64,000 nt of DNA from Leptospiraceae bacterium (GTDB lineage: Bacteria; Spirochaetota; Leptospiria; Leptospirales; Leptonemataceae): the NCBI GenBank assembly GCA_040217195.1, contig JAVJNR010000002.1:160001-224000 (forward strand), in the 5' to 3' direction. Shown piece after piece: positions 29,265 to 38,053 of the stretch (its first letter is position 1; each line of letters starts with the position of its first letter). The position numbers and the translations under genes are program-made. The notes under the pieces were generated by a model. That model was not told the origin of the DNA, searched no databases, and was given only the letters and a program-made list of their open reading frames with translations.

Positions 29265-30402
29265 GCCGGGTACAGTTTTCGATCAACCCCTTACCGTCCA
29301 ACAAAAATTGGAGGCCAGTGATTGGCTGTGGCAAATGCAGAACCGTGCCAGGACCATGGAAGATATCTTCAGGTTGCGCCCGGAACTGCTAGGTACGCCT
29401 CTGGAAATGGAGATTCGTAACCGTGCTCAGGCATTTGCATCGGCTTCCAAAGCCTTTCGATTTGCCGTTACTCCCTATTATCTATCCCTGGCTTCAGCGC
29501 AGCATCTATGTCCTGTGTGGCAGCAAATCTTGCCCGATGAAAGGGAGGCCAGCGATGCTCTTTTCTCAGATCCGGATCCTTTATCCGAAGAAAAGCATAT
29601 GCCTGTGCCGGGTTTGACTCATAGATATCCGGACCGGGCCCTATGGTATCTGTCCCATAATTGCGCAGTATATTGTAGATTTTGCATGCGAAAGAGAAAA
29701 GTAAGTCGCTCAGAATCTGCGCCAGGATTGAATCAAAGGAAAGGGGCAATTGAATACATTCGAAACCATCCTGAAATTCAGGAAGTCATACTTTCCGGTG
29801 GAGATCCCCTAAGCCAATCCGATGAAATTATTGCCTGGTGCCTGGAACAGTTGAGAGATATATCGCATATTGCATCCCTTAGAATTCATACCAGAATGCC
29901 AGTTACCTGTCCGCAGAGAATCACTGGCAGTTTCTGCGACATGCTGGAGTCCCATGGTCCGATTACAGTGATTACTCATTTTAATCATCCGGATGAAATT
30001 AGTGCCCGGGCCATCGAAGCTTTGAAAAAGATCCGAAAGTCCGGTAGTTTGATCTTGAACCAATCGGTGCTTCTAAAGGGAATAAATGATGATCCAGAAA
30101 TCCAGAAGGCTTTGAATCTAAATCTACTCAGGGTTGGAGTTAAGCCATACTATATTCATCAATGCGATGAGGTTCAGGGAGTTTCTCATTTTCGAGTAAA
30201 CCTGGCTCGGGGCATTGAAATTCAAAAAGCAATCCGAGGTCGCATCCCTGGACCGGCTCTTCCTTTGTATGTGATCGATCTTCCTGGCGGCGGAGGCAAG
30301 GTGCCGGTGGATAGCTCCTATTTTAAGGGATCCAGTTTTCAGTCGCCGGAGTTTGAAAATTTTGCAGGAAAAACATTCTACCCGGTGGGAGACGATTTTT
30401 GA
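29263..30402 (+). CDS. KamA/EpmB family lysine 2,3-aminomutase (radical SAM); start 29263 or TTG 29308
   Basis: DWLWQ, GLTHRYPDR, CAVYCRFC, ILSGGDPL, NQSVLLKGIND, PGGGGKVP; divergent from efp. Confidence 0.9.
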   Translation: MPGTVFDQPLTVQQKLEASDWLWQMQNRARTMEDIFRLRPELLGTPLEMEIRNRAQAFASASKAFRFAVTPYYLSLASAQHLCPVWQQILPDEREASDALFSDPDPLSEEKHMPVPGLTHRYPDRALWYLSHNCAVYCRFCMRKRKVSRSESAPGLNQRKGAIEYIRNHPEIQEVILSGGDPLSQSDEIIAWCLEQLRDISHIASLRIHTRMPVTCPQRITGSFCDMLESHGPITVITHFNHPDEISARAIEALKKIRKSGSLILNQSVLLKGINDDPEIQKALNLNLLRVGVKPYYIHQCDEVQGVSHFRVNLARGIEIQKAIRGRIPGPALPLYVIDLPGGGGKVPVDSSYFKGSSFQSPEFENFAGKTFYPVGDDF

Positions 30403-31115
30403 TACATTTCATTCTCCTAACCGGCGGCACCGGTAGTCGAATGAACTCCGACCGGCCAAAGCAGTTTCTCATCCTGGGAGGCATTCCAGTGATGGAACAC
30501 AGCATTCGCGCCTTCTGCAGCATTGATGAAGGGCTACGCGGAGGGATGGTGCTTGTTTCACATAAAGACTATCAAAAGCAGGCTCTGGCCATTGCTCAAA
30601 AACACAAAGGCAACCTTGGATTTCTTGAAATCACAGAGGGAGGTTCCACGCGACATGCATCCACTCGAAAGGGAATCGCTGCTCTTAAATCCCGGGTTTC
30701 TGCTGAAGACATCATTATGATTCACGATGGAGCACGGCCTATGCTCACGTCCCAGGAGATTGAATCCTTGTTCTTTCGCCTACAGGAAGACCCGGCAGCC
30801 ATGTGCGCTACCCTGGCTGCTCCGGCCACAGAAACCTATGCAATGGCAAACTCCATGAAAGAGCCCATTTCCGAGGTGCCGGATAGGTCCAGGCTATTTG
30901 CCATCAAAACTCCACAGGCTATGCGAGGGAATTTAATCGAATCATTTCTAAAATCGAAGGAAGATCATTATACAGATCTAATATCCTGGTCACTGTCTCA
31001 GAAGCTAGCTTCTGTCCTGGTTCCTGCCTCAGAAAAGAATATTAAGCTAACCCGGCCCGGAGATTTGACTTTGATGGAATCCTTGCTTTCGCCGGACGAA
31101 AGGAAAGGTCTATAA
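30399..31115 (+). CDS. ispD: 2-C-methyl-D-erythritol 4-phosphate cytidylyltransferase family (IspD/TarI)
   Basis: GGTGSRM..PKQF, IHDGARP, TPQA, NIKLT; TTG start overlaps the upstream stop. Confidence 0.85.
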   Translation: MIHFILLTGGTGSRMNSDRPKQFLILGGIPVMEHSIRAFCSIDEGLRGGMVLVSHKDYQKQALAIAQKHKGNLGFLEITEGGSTRHASTRKGIAALKSRVSAEDIIMIHDGARPMLTSQEIESLFFRLQEDPAAMCATLAAPATETYAMANSMKEPISEVPDRSRLFAIKTPQAMRGNLIESFLKSKEDHYTDLISWSLSQKLASVLVPASEKNIKLTRPGDLTLMESLLSPDERKGL

Positions 31116-31127
31116 TAGGTTCAGTCC

Positions 31128-31676
31128 ATGCCAGAGCAGCGAACTTTTATAGCGCTTACAATTCCGGATCATGTAATCCAGAGACTTGGTGGATTGCAGA
31201 CGGGCCTTCCGGATGTAAGATGGACACCTCCGGATCAAATGCATATCACCTTGAAATTTCTGGGCGAAGTTAGCGATGACTCCTTGGAGGATTTATCTTC
31301 GCTTCTTGAAGAAATGCGTTTCACCGCCCCCGGGATTCGCATTGCAGGCCTGGGGTACTTTGCGCAGAGAAAATCTCCTCCGGTCCTATGGGCAGGCCTG
31401 GAACCGGAAGATCCAATTCAAGAGATACATAGAGTTATCGAAAGCAGTACCGGCAAGCTGGGGTTTGCTAAAGAGAAACGAAACTATCGTCCTCATATCA
31501 CTCTTGGTCGACTCCGGCGATCGAACCCCAGGAGGTTACAGGAATATCTGGAGCTCCATCATCTATTCAATACAGAAGATTTTTTCTGCCAGGAACTGGT
31601 GCTGTTTACCAGTCGGCTGACTCCAGACGGAGCCCTGCATGAACCGGTGGTTGCTCTGGATTTGTCCGATGCGTAG
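31128..31676 (+). CDS. thpR: RNA 2',3'-cyclic phosphodiesterase
   Basis: RTFIAL and two HITL (2H) motifs. Confidence 0.93.
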   Translation: MPEQRTFIALTIPDHVIQRLGGLQTGLPDVRWTPPDQMHITLKFLGEVSDDSLEDLSSLLEEMRFTAPGIRIAGLGYFAQRKSPPVLWAGLEPEDPIQEIHRVIESSTGKLGFAKEKRNYRPHITLGRLRRSNPRRLQEYLELHHLFNTEDFFCQELVLFTSRLTPDGALHEPVVALDLSDA

Positions 31677-31858
31677 CTGGATACAGGGTTAAGAAAGCAA
31701 AGCAATACCTGGAATTGCAAGAGATACCGGTCATAGAAGTAGAGGCCGGAGTTGGCCCTTTATTAAAAACCCTGGTACGTTTCAAAATCATTGGCCGTCT
31801 ATTCATCATAAGATTACTATGTGAATCTGCAGTATTCTGAACGCAGCGCAAGAGTGTC

Positions 31859-34273
31859 ATGGAACCAATGGTTAGGTACAGTGCTACGAGGCCGTCCCCC
31901 CGGATTCTGGTAGTTGAAGATGATCCGGTGGTGGCACTGGACATCAAAAAGAAGCTTGAGTCGCTGGGTTACTCCATCGCAGGGATCAGTGAAACCGGTC
32001 CTTCAGCCCTGGAGAGTATGGATCGAGCCATTCCAGATCTTGTGGTCATGGATGTGCGCCTCCGAGGTGATATGGATGGCATTGATACAGCGCTCATAGT
32101 TCAAAAAGATTACAGCGTCCCCGTTGTTTATGTTACCGGCCAGTCGGATCCTGGTACATTAGATCGCATTCAGAGTAGTCATCCATTTGGTTTCTTGCTC
32201 AAGCCCTTTGAGGCCCGGGAACTGGATACAGTGATTCGGATTGCTCTGAATCGGCATCACCTGGAACAGGATCTTTCAGCCAGCGAATTCAGAAATCGAC
32301 TCTTATTTGAACTGGCATCGGATGGAATCTTGATCGCGGACCAAACCGGCGTGGTGAAACGAGCCAATGGCCGAATTTCCGATCTTACAGGCCTGCCTAA
32401 AACCGAATTGCTGGGTAAGTTCTTCTGGGAGCCTTTTGAAGTGGATACTGAATCTCTGGCAGTGGATCGAGGAAAAGTACGATTCGTGGAAACCGTACAT
32501 CGGCCAGCCCGGGGAGCTCCCACACCTGTAGAGTTATCCATCTCCGTACTGCCTGGAAGAATGATTCAAGTACTGGTTCGGGATTTGAGAAATCAAAAGA
32601 AAGGCCAGGAGCAGATGCAACTTCTGGCTCGAGTCTTTGATAGCATAGTGGAAGGTGTTTTTGTTTCGGATCGAGATAGGAATCTTATAACTGGAAACCG
32701 TGCCTTTATGGCAATCAGCGGCTATGAACTGTCCGAACTTCAGGGAAAAAACGTTTCCGTATTTCGCTCCGAACAGCATTCCCGATCATTCTATAGTAAT
32801 CTCTGGAGGGACCTGGAGCATCAGGGTAAATGGGAAGGTGAACTGATCATTCGAAAGAAAAGCGGCGAAGAGGAGGAGCAGTGGGCCTCTCTTTCTGCGA
32901 TCCGAGATGATAACGGGCAGATTTCTCACTTTGTAGGAATCTTCATCGATCTTACGGAGCGAAAGCGGTATGAGGATAGACTGTATTATCTGGCTCATCA
33001 TGATTCTTTAACAGATCTACCCAATCGATCATTGTTTGCTCAAAGGCTGGATCGAGCGTTGAACCAGGCTCAAAGATCGGGGCAGCGATTTGCTCTGTTT
33101 TTTCTGGATCTGGACAAATTCAAGCGGATCAATGACACCTATGGTCATGAGGCCGGGGATCGACTACTGTGCGAAACTGCGGATCGACTTCGAAGAACTC
33201 TGCGAAAAGGTGATACGGTTTCAAGGTTCGGAGGAGATGAATTCAATATTCTGGTAGAAGATATCCGAGAGCTAGAGGATGTGAGCGTTGTAGCGGAAAA
33301 GGTGATAAAATCACTGGAAGAGCCCATGGCTTTCGAAGGCAAACATCATCGAATATCTCCGAGTATTGGAATTTCCATATATCCAGAGGATGGACTTACC
33401 GCAGAAGAGCTACTGCGGTCCGCGGATCGAAGCATGTACAGAGCCAAAGGAGATGGCGGAGATAGTTATCGCTTCGCAAGCAAGAAGCTCAATCTTCGTT
33501 CTCTAGAAAGGGAGTTGTTGTATTCAGGCCTGGAGCATGGCCTGGAAGCCGGGCAATTCATCGTTCGGTACAATCCAATCCTTAGTGTATCTGAAAAGCG
33601 TTGTATTGCCGCCCAGGTGGGTCTTTACTGGAACCATCCTGAGCTGGGCCTTCTTTCATCCAGTCGGTTTCAAAAGGTTATTGAGGACTCATCCATAGCT
33701 GGAAACTTCAATCGGTATACAATTGAAAAAATGCTTATCGATGTTGAGCAGTGGGATCTGGAATCCGAAGCATATCCCCTTTTATTAGTGTCATCCAGTT
33801 CGGCCTGCATACATCCGGAAGCCATGATGGAGCTTCTCGAAAGCTCCGCGCTTCAGCCCCGGAATATGCAACATGTTGCCCTGGAAATGGAGGAACGGGA
33901 GCTTCGAGAAATGACAGATACACATCCAGATTACCTACAGTTACTGGAACAAAGAAGCATGACGGTTGCAGTTCGCGATCCGGGCACAGGCTATTTAAGT
34001 CTGCAGGAATTGAATCGGTTGCCCCTATCCATGCTAAAAGCTGGAGCGGAGAGAGTGCATCGTATGGATGAAAATCCGCTGGAAAGGTCTGTGTTTCAAA
34101 TCACAGCCGGTATGGCCCATACTCTGAAGGTGCCGCTGGTAGCTGAAGGAGTGCATTCTGGAGCTATGCTTTCATTGCTCGAGGAGCTGGATTGTGATGC
34201 CTACCAGGGTTCCTTAACAGGGCCACCGTTGAGCGGCCCGGATTTCCATTCACAGCTATTGAACCAGGGTTAA
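31859..34273 (+). CDS. REC-PAS-PAS-GGDEF-degenerate EAL diguanylate cyclase
   Basis: VVEDD..MD receiver; HDSLTDLPNR, FKRINDTYGH, RKGD I-site, GGDEF; EAL motifs altered. Confidence 0.92.
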   Translation: MEPMVRYSATRPSPRILVVEDDPVVALDIKKKLESLGYSIAGISETGPSALESMDRAIPDLVVMDVRLRGDMDGIDTALIVQKDYSVPVVYVTGQSDPGTLDRIQSSHPFGFLLKPFEARELDTVIRIALNRHHLEQDLSASEFRNRLLFELASDGILIADQTGVVKRANGRISDLTGLPKTELLGKFFWEPFEVDTESLAVDRGKVRFVETVHRPARGAPTPVELSISVLPGRMIQVLVRDLRNQKKGQEQMQLLARVFDSIVEGVFVSDRDRNLITGNRAFMAISGYELSELQGKNVSVFRSEQHSRSFYSNLWRDLEHQGKWEGELIIRKKSGEEEEQWASLSAIRDDNGQISHFVGIFIDLTERKRYEDRLYYLAHHDSLTDLPNRSLFAQRLDRALNQAQRSGQRFALFFLDLDKFKRINDTYGHEAGDRLLCETADRLRRTLRKGDTVSRFGGDEFNILVEDIRELEDVSVVAEKVIKSLEEPMAFEGKHHRISPSIGISIYPEDGLTAEELLRSADRSMYRAKGDGGDSYRFASKKLNLRSLERELLYSGLEHGLEAGQFIVRYNPILSVSEKRCIAAQVGLYWNHPELGLLSSSRFQKVIEDSSIAGNFNRYTIEKMLIDVEQWDLESEAYPLLLVSSSSACIHPEAMMELLESSALQPRNMQHVALEMEERELREMTDTHPDYLQLLEQRSMTVAVRDPGTGYLSLQELNRLPLSMLKAGAERVHRMDENPLERSVFQITAGMAHTLKVPLVAEGVHSGAMLSLLEELDCDAYQGSLTGPPLSGPDFHSQLLNQG

Positions 34274-34354
34274 CTCAAATGCCGGCCCCTTTCATGATCG
34301 AGGCTTTCCTGGAAAAAGCTTGAACGGATGATGAGAAAGAAGCTCCCATCCAAC

Positions 34355-34819
34355 ATGGCATTAACCGAAAACTCAATCGCACCGGATTTCACTCTACCGT
34401 CGGACGATGGCTCGAATTTCAGTCTACATACATGCAATGAGCCGGTGCTTCTAGTCTTTTATCCGGGAGACAATACTCCAGTCTGTACAGCGCAACTTTG
34501 CGACTATCGGGACAACATTTCAGCTTTCCAGGGGCTGGGGATCAAAGTTGTGGGCATAAGCAAGGATGATCAGAATTCGCATCAGGCCTTTAAAGAAAAG
34601 CATAAGCTCCCATTCGCATTACTCACTGATGCAGAATGCCAGGTTGCCGAGCAGTACGGAGCCAAATCATTTATGGGCGGAATGAAGCGTGGAGTCGTCC
34701 TGGTGGCTTCGGATAACAAAATTCTATATTCACACATCGAAAGTGTGGCACTCTTCAAACGTAGTGCTGAGGAACTGAAAGATGTGCTGGAACATTTGAA
34801 GAAAGAAGGAAAGGTTTAA
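34355..34819 (+). CDS. bcp: Peroxiredoxin, BCP/PrxQ type
   Basis: APDFTL, FYPGDNTPVCTAQLC. Confidence 0.9.
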   Translation: MALTENSIAPDFTLPSDDGSNFSLHTCNEPVLLVFYPGDNTPVCTAQLCDYRDNISAFQGLGIKVVGISKDDQNSHQAFKEKHKLPFALLTDAECQVAEQYGAKSFMGGMKRGVVLVASDNKILYSHIESVALFKRSAEELKDVLEHLKKEGKV

Positions 34820-35766
34820 TGCACATTGTACGGGAACTGGAAGACTTTCTTCCGTTCTGGGATCGGGCCAGTCTAACCCTGGGTGTATTCGATGGGATGC
34901 ATCGAGGTCATCAGAAAATCATTCAGAGAGTGCAGAAAAGAAGCAAAGGTGCCCGGCATGCCCGGGTTCTGGTAACCTATCATCCTCATCCTGACATTGT
35001 CCTGGGAAAACGGGAGTCCGTCCGAGGGGCTGAGCTGTTCACCTATGAGGAAAAGCTGGCGTTGTTTCAGAAGTTTTCTCTGGATGTAGTAGTATTTCTT
35101 CCATTTACTCCTGAGCTGGCTCGGATGACCGCTTTGCGCTATTTGCGCGAAATCCTGCTGGGAAAACTCAGGGCCAAGAGTATTGTCATTGGCTATGACC
35201 AATGCTTCGGACGCGGTCGAAAAGGGGACTATGAATTCCTGAAGTTAATGAGTCGTAAATATGATTTCCAGGTAGATCGTATAGAAGCTGTTAAGAGCAA
35301 AGGGGAGATAATCTCAACTTCAAGGATACGAGGAGAGATTCAGAAGGGCTCCGTGGTGGAAGCCAACCGGCTTCTGGGTCATGATTACTTTCTCACCGGT
35401 ACTGTGGTTCGTGGATTTCAGCGCGGACAGACCATCGGCTTTCCTACAGCGAATCTGGAAGTGGCTGAAACAAAACTTATCCCGGCGGAAGGTGTTTATG
35501 GCGTTGTCTGTGAATGGGGCGGACAACATTACCGAGCCATGGTCAACATCGGTCGGAACCCAACGTTTAAGAATCAGCAAATGTCAATTGAAGCCCATTT
35601 ACTAGGTTTCAATGGAGATCTCTACGGAGAGACGTTGAGAATGTACTTTCTGCACAGATTGAGAGATGAGCTAACCTTTGGATCGGTGAATGATCTAAAG
35701 GAACAACTTCAAAAAGATCAAAAGTCCACAGAGGCCATGAGCGTACCCAGGTACTATTCATTGTAA
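34819..35766 (+). CDS. ribF: Bifunctional riboflavin kinase/FAD synthetase
   Basis: GVFDGMHRGH, ISTSRIR, GFPTAN, GRNPTF, IEAHL. Confidence 0.96.
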   Translation: MHIVRELEDFLPFWDRASLTLGVFDGMHRGHQKIIQRVQKRSKGARHARVLVTYHPHPDIVLGKRESVRGAELFTYEEKLALFQKFSLDVVVFLPFTPELARMTALRYLREILLGKLRAKSIVIGYDQCFGRGRKGDYEFLKLMSRKYDFQVDRIEAVKSKGEIISTSRIRGEIQKGSVVEANRLLGHDYFLTGTVVRGFQRGQTIGFPTANLEVAETKLIPAEGVYGVVCEWGGQHYRAMVNIGRNPTFKNQQMSIEAHLLGFNGDLYGETLRMYFLHRLRDELTFGSVNDLKEQLQKDQKSTEAMSVPRYYSL

Positions 35767-35857
35767 GTTAGTAACCTGTGGAAAATTTTTTGCCCGGAAC
35801 CTGACGCTATGTTCGAAAAAATGTTGATCTGCATTGGCCCGACCGTCAATAATGGAG

Positions 35858-35939
35858 TACGTCTTCGGACGTAATAAAAAAGAACGGTGGCTAAGCCCAA
35901 GGGATTAGTCACCAAAAGAATGGGTGAAAACCCAGGAGG
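35858..35939 (+). promoter_or_regulatory. Structured 5' leader of the lipase gene (three hairpins plus SD)
   Basis: TACGTC-TTCG-GACGTA; GGTGGCTAA..TTAGTCACC; TGGGT-GAAA-ACCCA abutting AGGAGG. Confidence 0.6.
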
Positions 35940-35948
35940 AGTGTTTAT

Positions 35949-36881
35949 ATGAAGAAGCTGGCGTTCAAGCTAGCCTGTTTTGCTGTGCTCTCTCTGGTTC
36001 CTGCTGGCCTGATGGCTGGTGGAGGATCTTCAGAGAAGCCACTTGCAGGAAGCTATCCTATCGTGCTATCGCACGGACTATTCGGATGGGGGGATTCTGA
36101 TTCTCCCGGTGTAATCAGCATTGTGGAATACTGGGGTGGTATGGATGACTACCTGCGCGGAGAAGGTGTGGCCGTTTATGCGCCCACTAAAACTGCTACT
36201 CAATCCAATGAGTATCGCGCACAAGAGCTAAAGAATAAGATTAACTACTGGATGGCTGCTAATGGCTATTCCAAGGTTCATATCCTGGGCCACTCCCAGG
36301 GCGGTCTGGATAGCCGATACATGGTGTCCAACCTTGGTATGGCCTCCAAGATCTCTTCACTAACTACCTTGAATACTCCGCATCGCGGAAGTCCCATCGC
36401 AGACATTACAAATTCTGTAATTCCTGATTGGCTTAAGCCAAGCGTTGGAGCTGTTCTAGGCGTTATCACTGACATCGTATATGGTGGCGGCGAGCAAGAT
36501 GCTCTGGCTGCTCTGGATTCTCTGACCAAAAGCGGACTGGCAGTGTTCAATCAAAACACACCTAACCGTTCCGGAGTTGATTATTTCTCTTATGGTTCCA
36601 ACATCACAATTACTGATATAGTGCAGCACCCACTGATGGGAATTCTACATCCTATTTGTGGTCTGGGCGGAACTTTCAACGGACAGGGCTTCAAGAATGA
36701 TGGTCTGGTTCCAGATTCTTCTCAAAAATGGGGAACCTGGAAAGGTGGACCAAGCTATTCCTGGTATGTAACTGGTGTAGACCACCTTCAGGCTTCCAAC
36801 ACTCTGTACAGCGGAGAGCTGTGGTATGATGTTGAGGCTTATTATCTGAAGATGGCAAAAAACGCCAAAAACAGCCAGTAA
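35949..36881 (+). CDS. Secreted triacylglycerol lipase (family I-like alpha/beta hydrolase)
   Basis: YPIVLSHGLFG, GHSQGG nucleophile, TPHRGS, NDGLV, DHL; signal peptide. Confidence 0.93.
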   Translation: MKKLAFKLACFAVLSLVPAGLMAGGGSSEKPLAGSYPIVLSHGLFGWGDSDSPGVISIVEYWGGMDDYLRGEGVAVYAPTKTATQSNEYRAQELKNKINYWMAANGYSKVHILGHSQGGLDSRYMVSNLGMASKISSLTTLNTPHRGSPIADITNSVIPDWLKPSVGAVLGVITDIVYGGGEQDALAALDSLTKSGLAVFNQNTPNRSGVDYFSYGSNITITDIVQHPLMGILHPICGLGGTFNGQGFKNDGLVPDSSQKWGTWKGGPSYSWYVTGVDHLQASNTLYSGELWYDVEAYYLKMAKNAKNSQ

Positions 36882-36889
36882 GCAGAGCC

Positions 36890-36925
36890 AAAGCCGGGTC
36901 GCTATCGTTGCGGCTCGGCTTTTTT
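36890..36925 (+). terminator. Intrinsic terminator after the lipase gene
   Basis: AAAGCCGGGTCGC/GCGGCTCGGCTTT stem plus U tract. Confidence 0.82.
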
Positions 36926-37013
36926 GTTGCCCGATTCCGCTCCGCTCTTTAAGAAAGGTCCAAACAGATTCTGCTCACAGATCTGACCGATTCCATTTGA
37001 AGTAAGATTAATT

Positions 37014-38048
37014 ATGAAAAACAAGACCCCGTTATTTTTGATTGGTGGCATTCTATTCGTTCTTGTGGTTGTGCTTTTTTATGTCATGCAGCCAGGAGGC
37101 GATTACTCAGAAGCCCCGGACCTGGAAGCTATAGACCAGGAAGAGCAAGCTCTATTGAACAACATGTCCGATGAGGAACGTTCTCGCCTTAAGGATGAAG
37201 CACTGCTAATGTTTGATCAACCCGGATATCTAACATTTGAAGAAATTATGGCCGGAGCCAGGAATGGTAAAGTGAAGCTTGTAAGTGAGCTATGGAAGCT
37301 CCGTCGACGTTGTCCTCCTGAATTAAGCCCGGAAGAATGTAATCTGCGAATTAAGATCTTCCTTCGAGAAAAATTTCAACCTGGTGGAGAAAAGCTGGCT
37401 CGATTGTTTGCCTACTATGTGCGATATGAAGGCCATATGCGCTCCGAAAAGCCGCCCGAGGGTCTGAGTCCTGAGGAGCAATACGAATGGATTAAAGGCC
37501 AGCGCCGGAAGGTAATGGGCGAAGAGGCTGCAAGTCTGATCTATGGCTACGAAGAGGCTCGTGTTGATTTCCGTGGAAAATTCCAGGAGTTCATGGATGA
37601 CACGAAAGGACTGTCAGCCGATGAGCGAATCAAGAAATACGAGCAGTTTAGAAGAGATCATTACGGCAATTACTACGAAACGATAAAGGAGCGGGAGCCC
37701 AAATTCAATACTTACGATGTGGAAATGACCCTGCGCGAAGAGCAACTTTCAGGGATGAATTCTTCGGAGCGAGATGCAAAGGTTCGGGAAATGAGAGTCT
37801 CTTATTTCGGTGAAGAAGCCGCCAGGAGAATGGAGGCTGTGGATCAAGAGATTCAAGAAGACCAGGAACGGAAGGATGCATACCAGGATGCCAAAGCCAA
37901 GCTTCTGGAGGCCAACCCATCCGCAAGTCCTGCAGAGCGCGAATCCATGCTAGCTCAACTGAGAAAAGAATACTTTAGCGCTGAAGAAGCGGAGGCCATG
38001 GCAAGGCGCGAAAAGATGCGGCAGGAAATGGATCAGTTAAAAGAATAG
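37014..38048 (+). CDS. Lipase secretion chaperone (foldase, Lif-like)
   Basis: N-terminal membrane anchor, helical charged body, YVRYE, FGEEAARRM, LRKEYFS; follows the lipase. Confidence 0.8.
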   Translation: MKNKTPLFLIGGILFVLVVVLFYVMQPGGDYSEAPDLEAIDQEEQALLNNMSDEERSRLKDEALLMFDQPGYLTFEEIMAGARNGKVKLVSELWKLRRRCPPELSPEECNLRIKIFLREKFQPGGEKLARLFAYYVRYEGHMRSEKPPEGLSPEEQYEWIKGQRRKVMGEEAASLIYGYEEARVDFRGKFQEFMDDTKGLSADERIKKYEQFRRDHYGNYYETIKEREPKFNTYDVEMTLREEQLSGMNSSERDAKVREMRVSYFGEEAARRMEAVDQEIQEDQERKDAYQDAKAKLLEANPSASPAERESMLAQLRKEYFSAEEAEAMARREKMRQEMDQLKE

Positions 38049-38053
38049 TCCGA

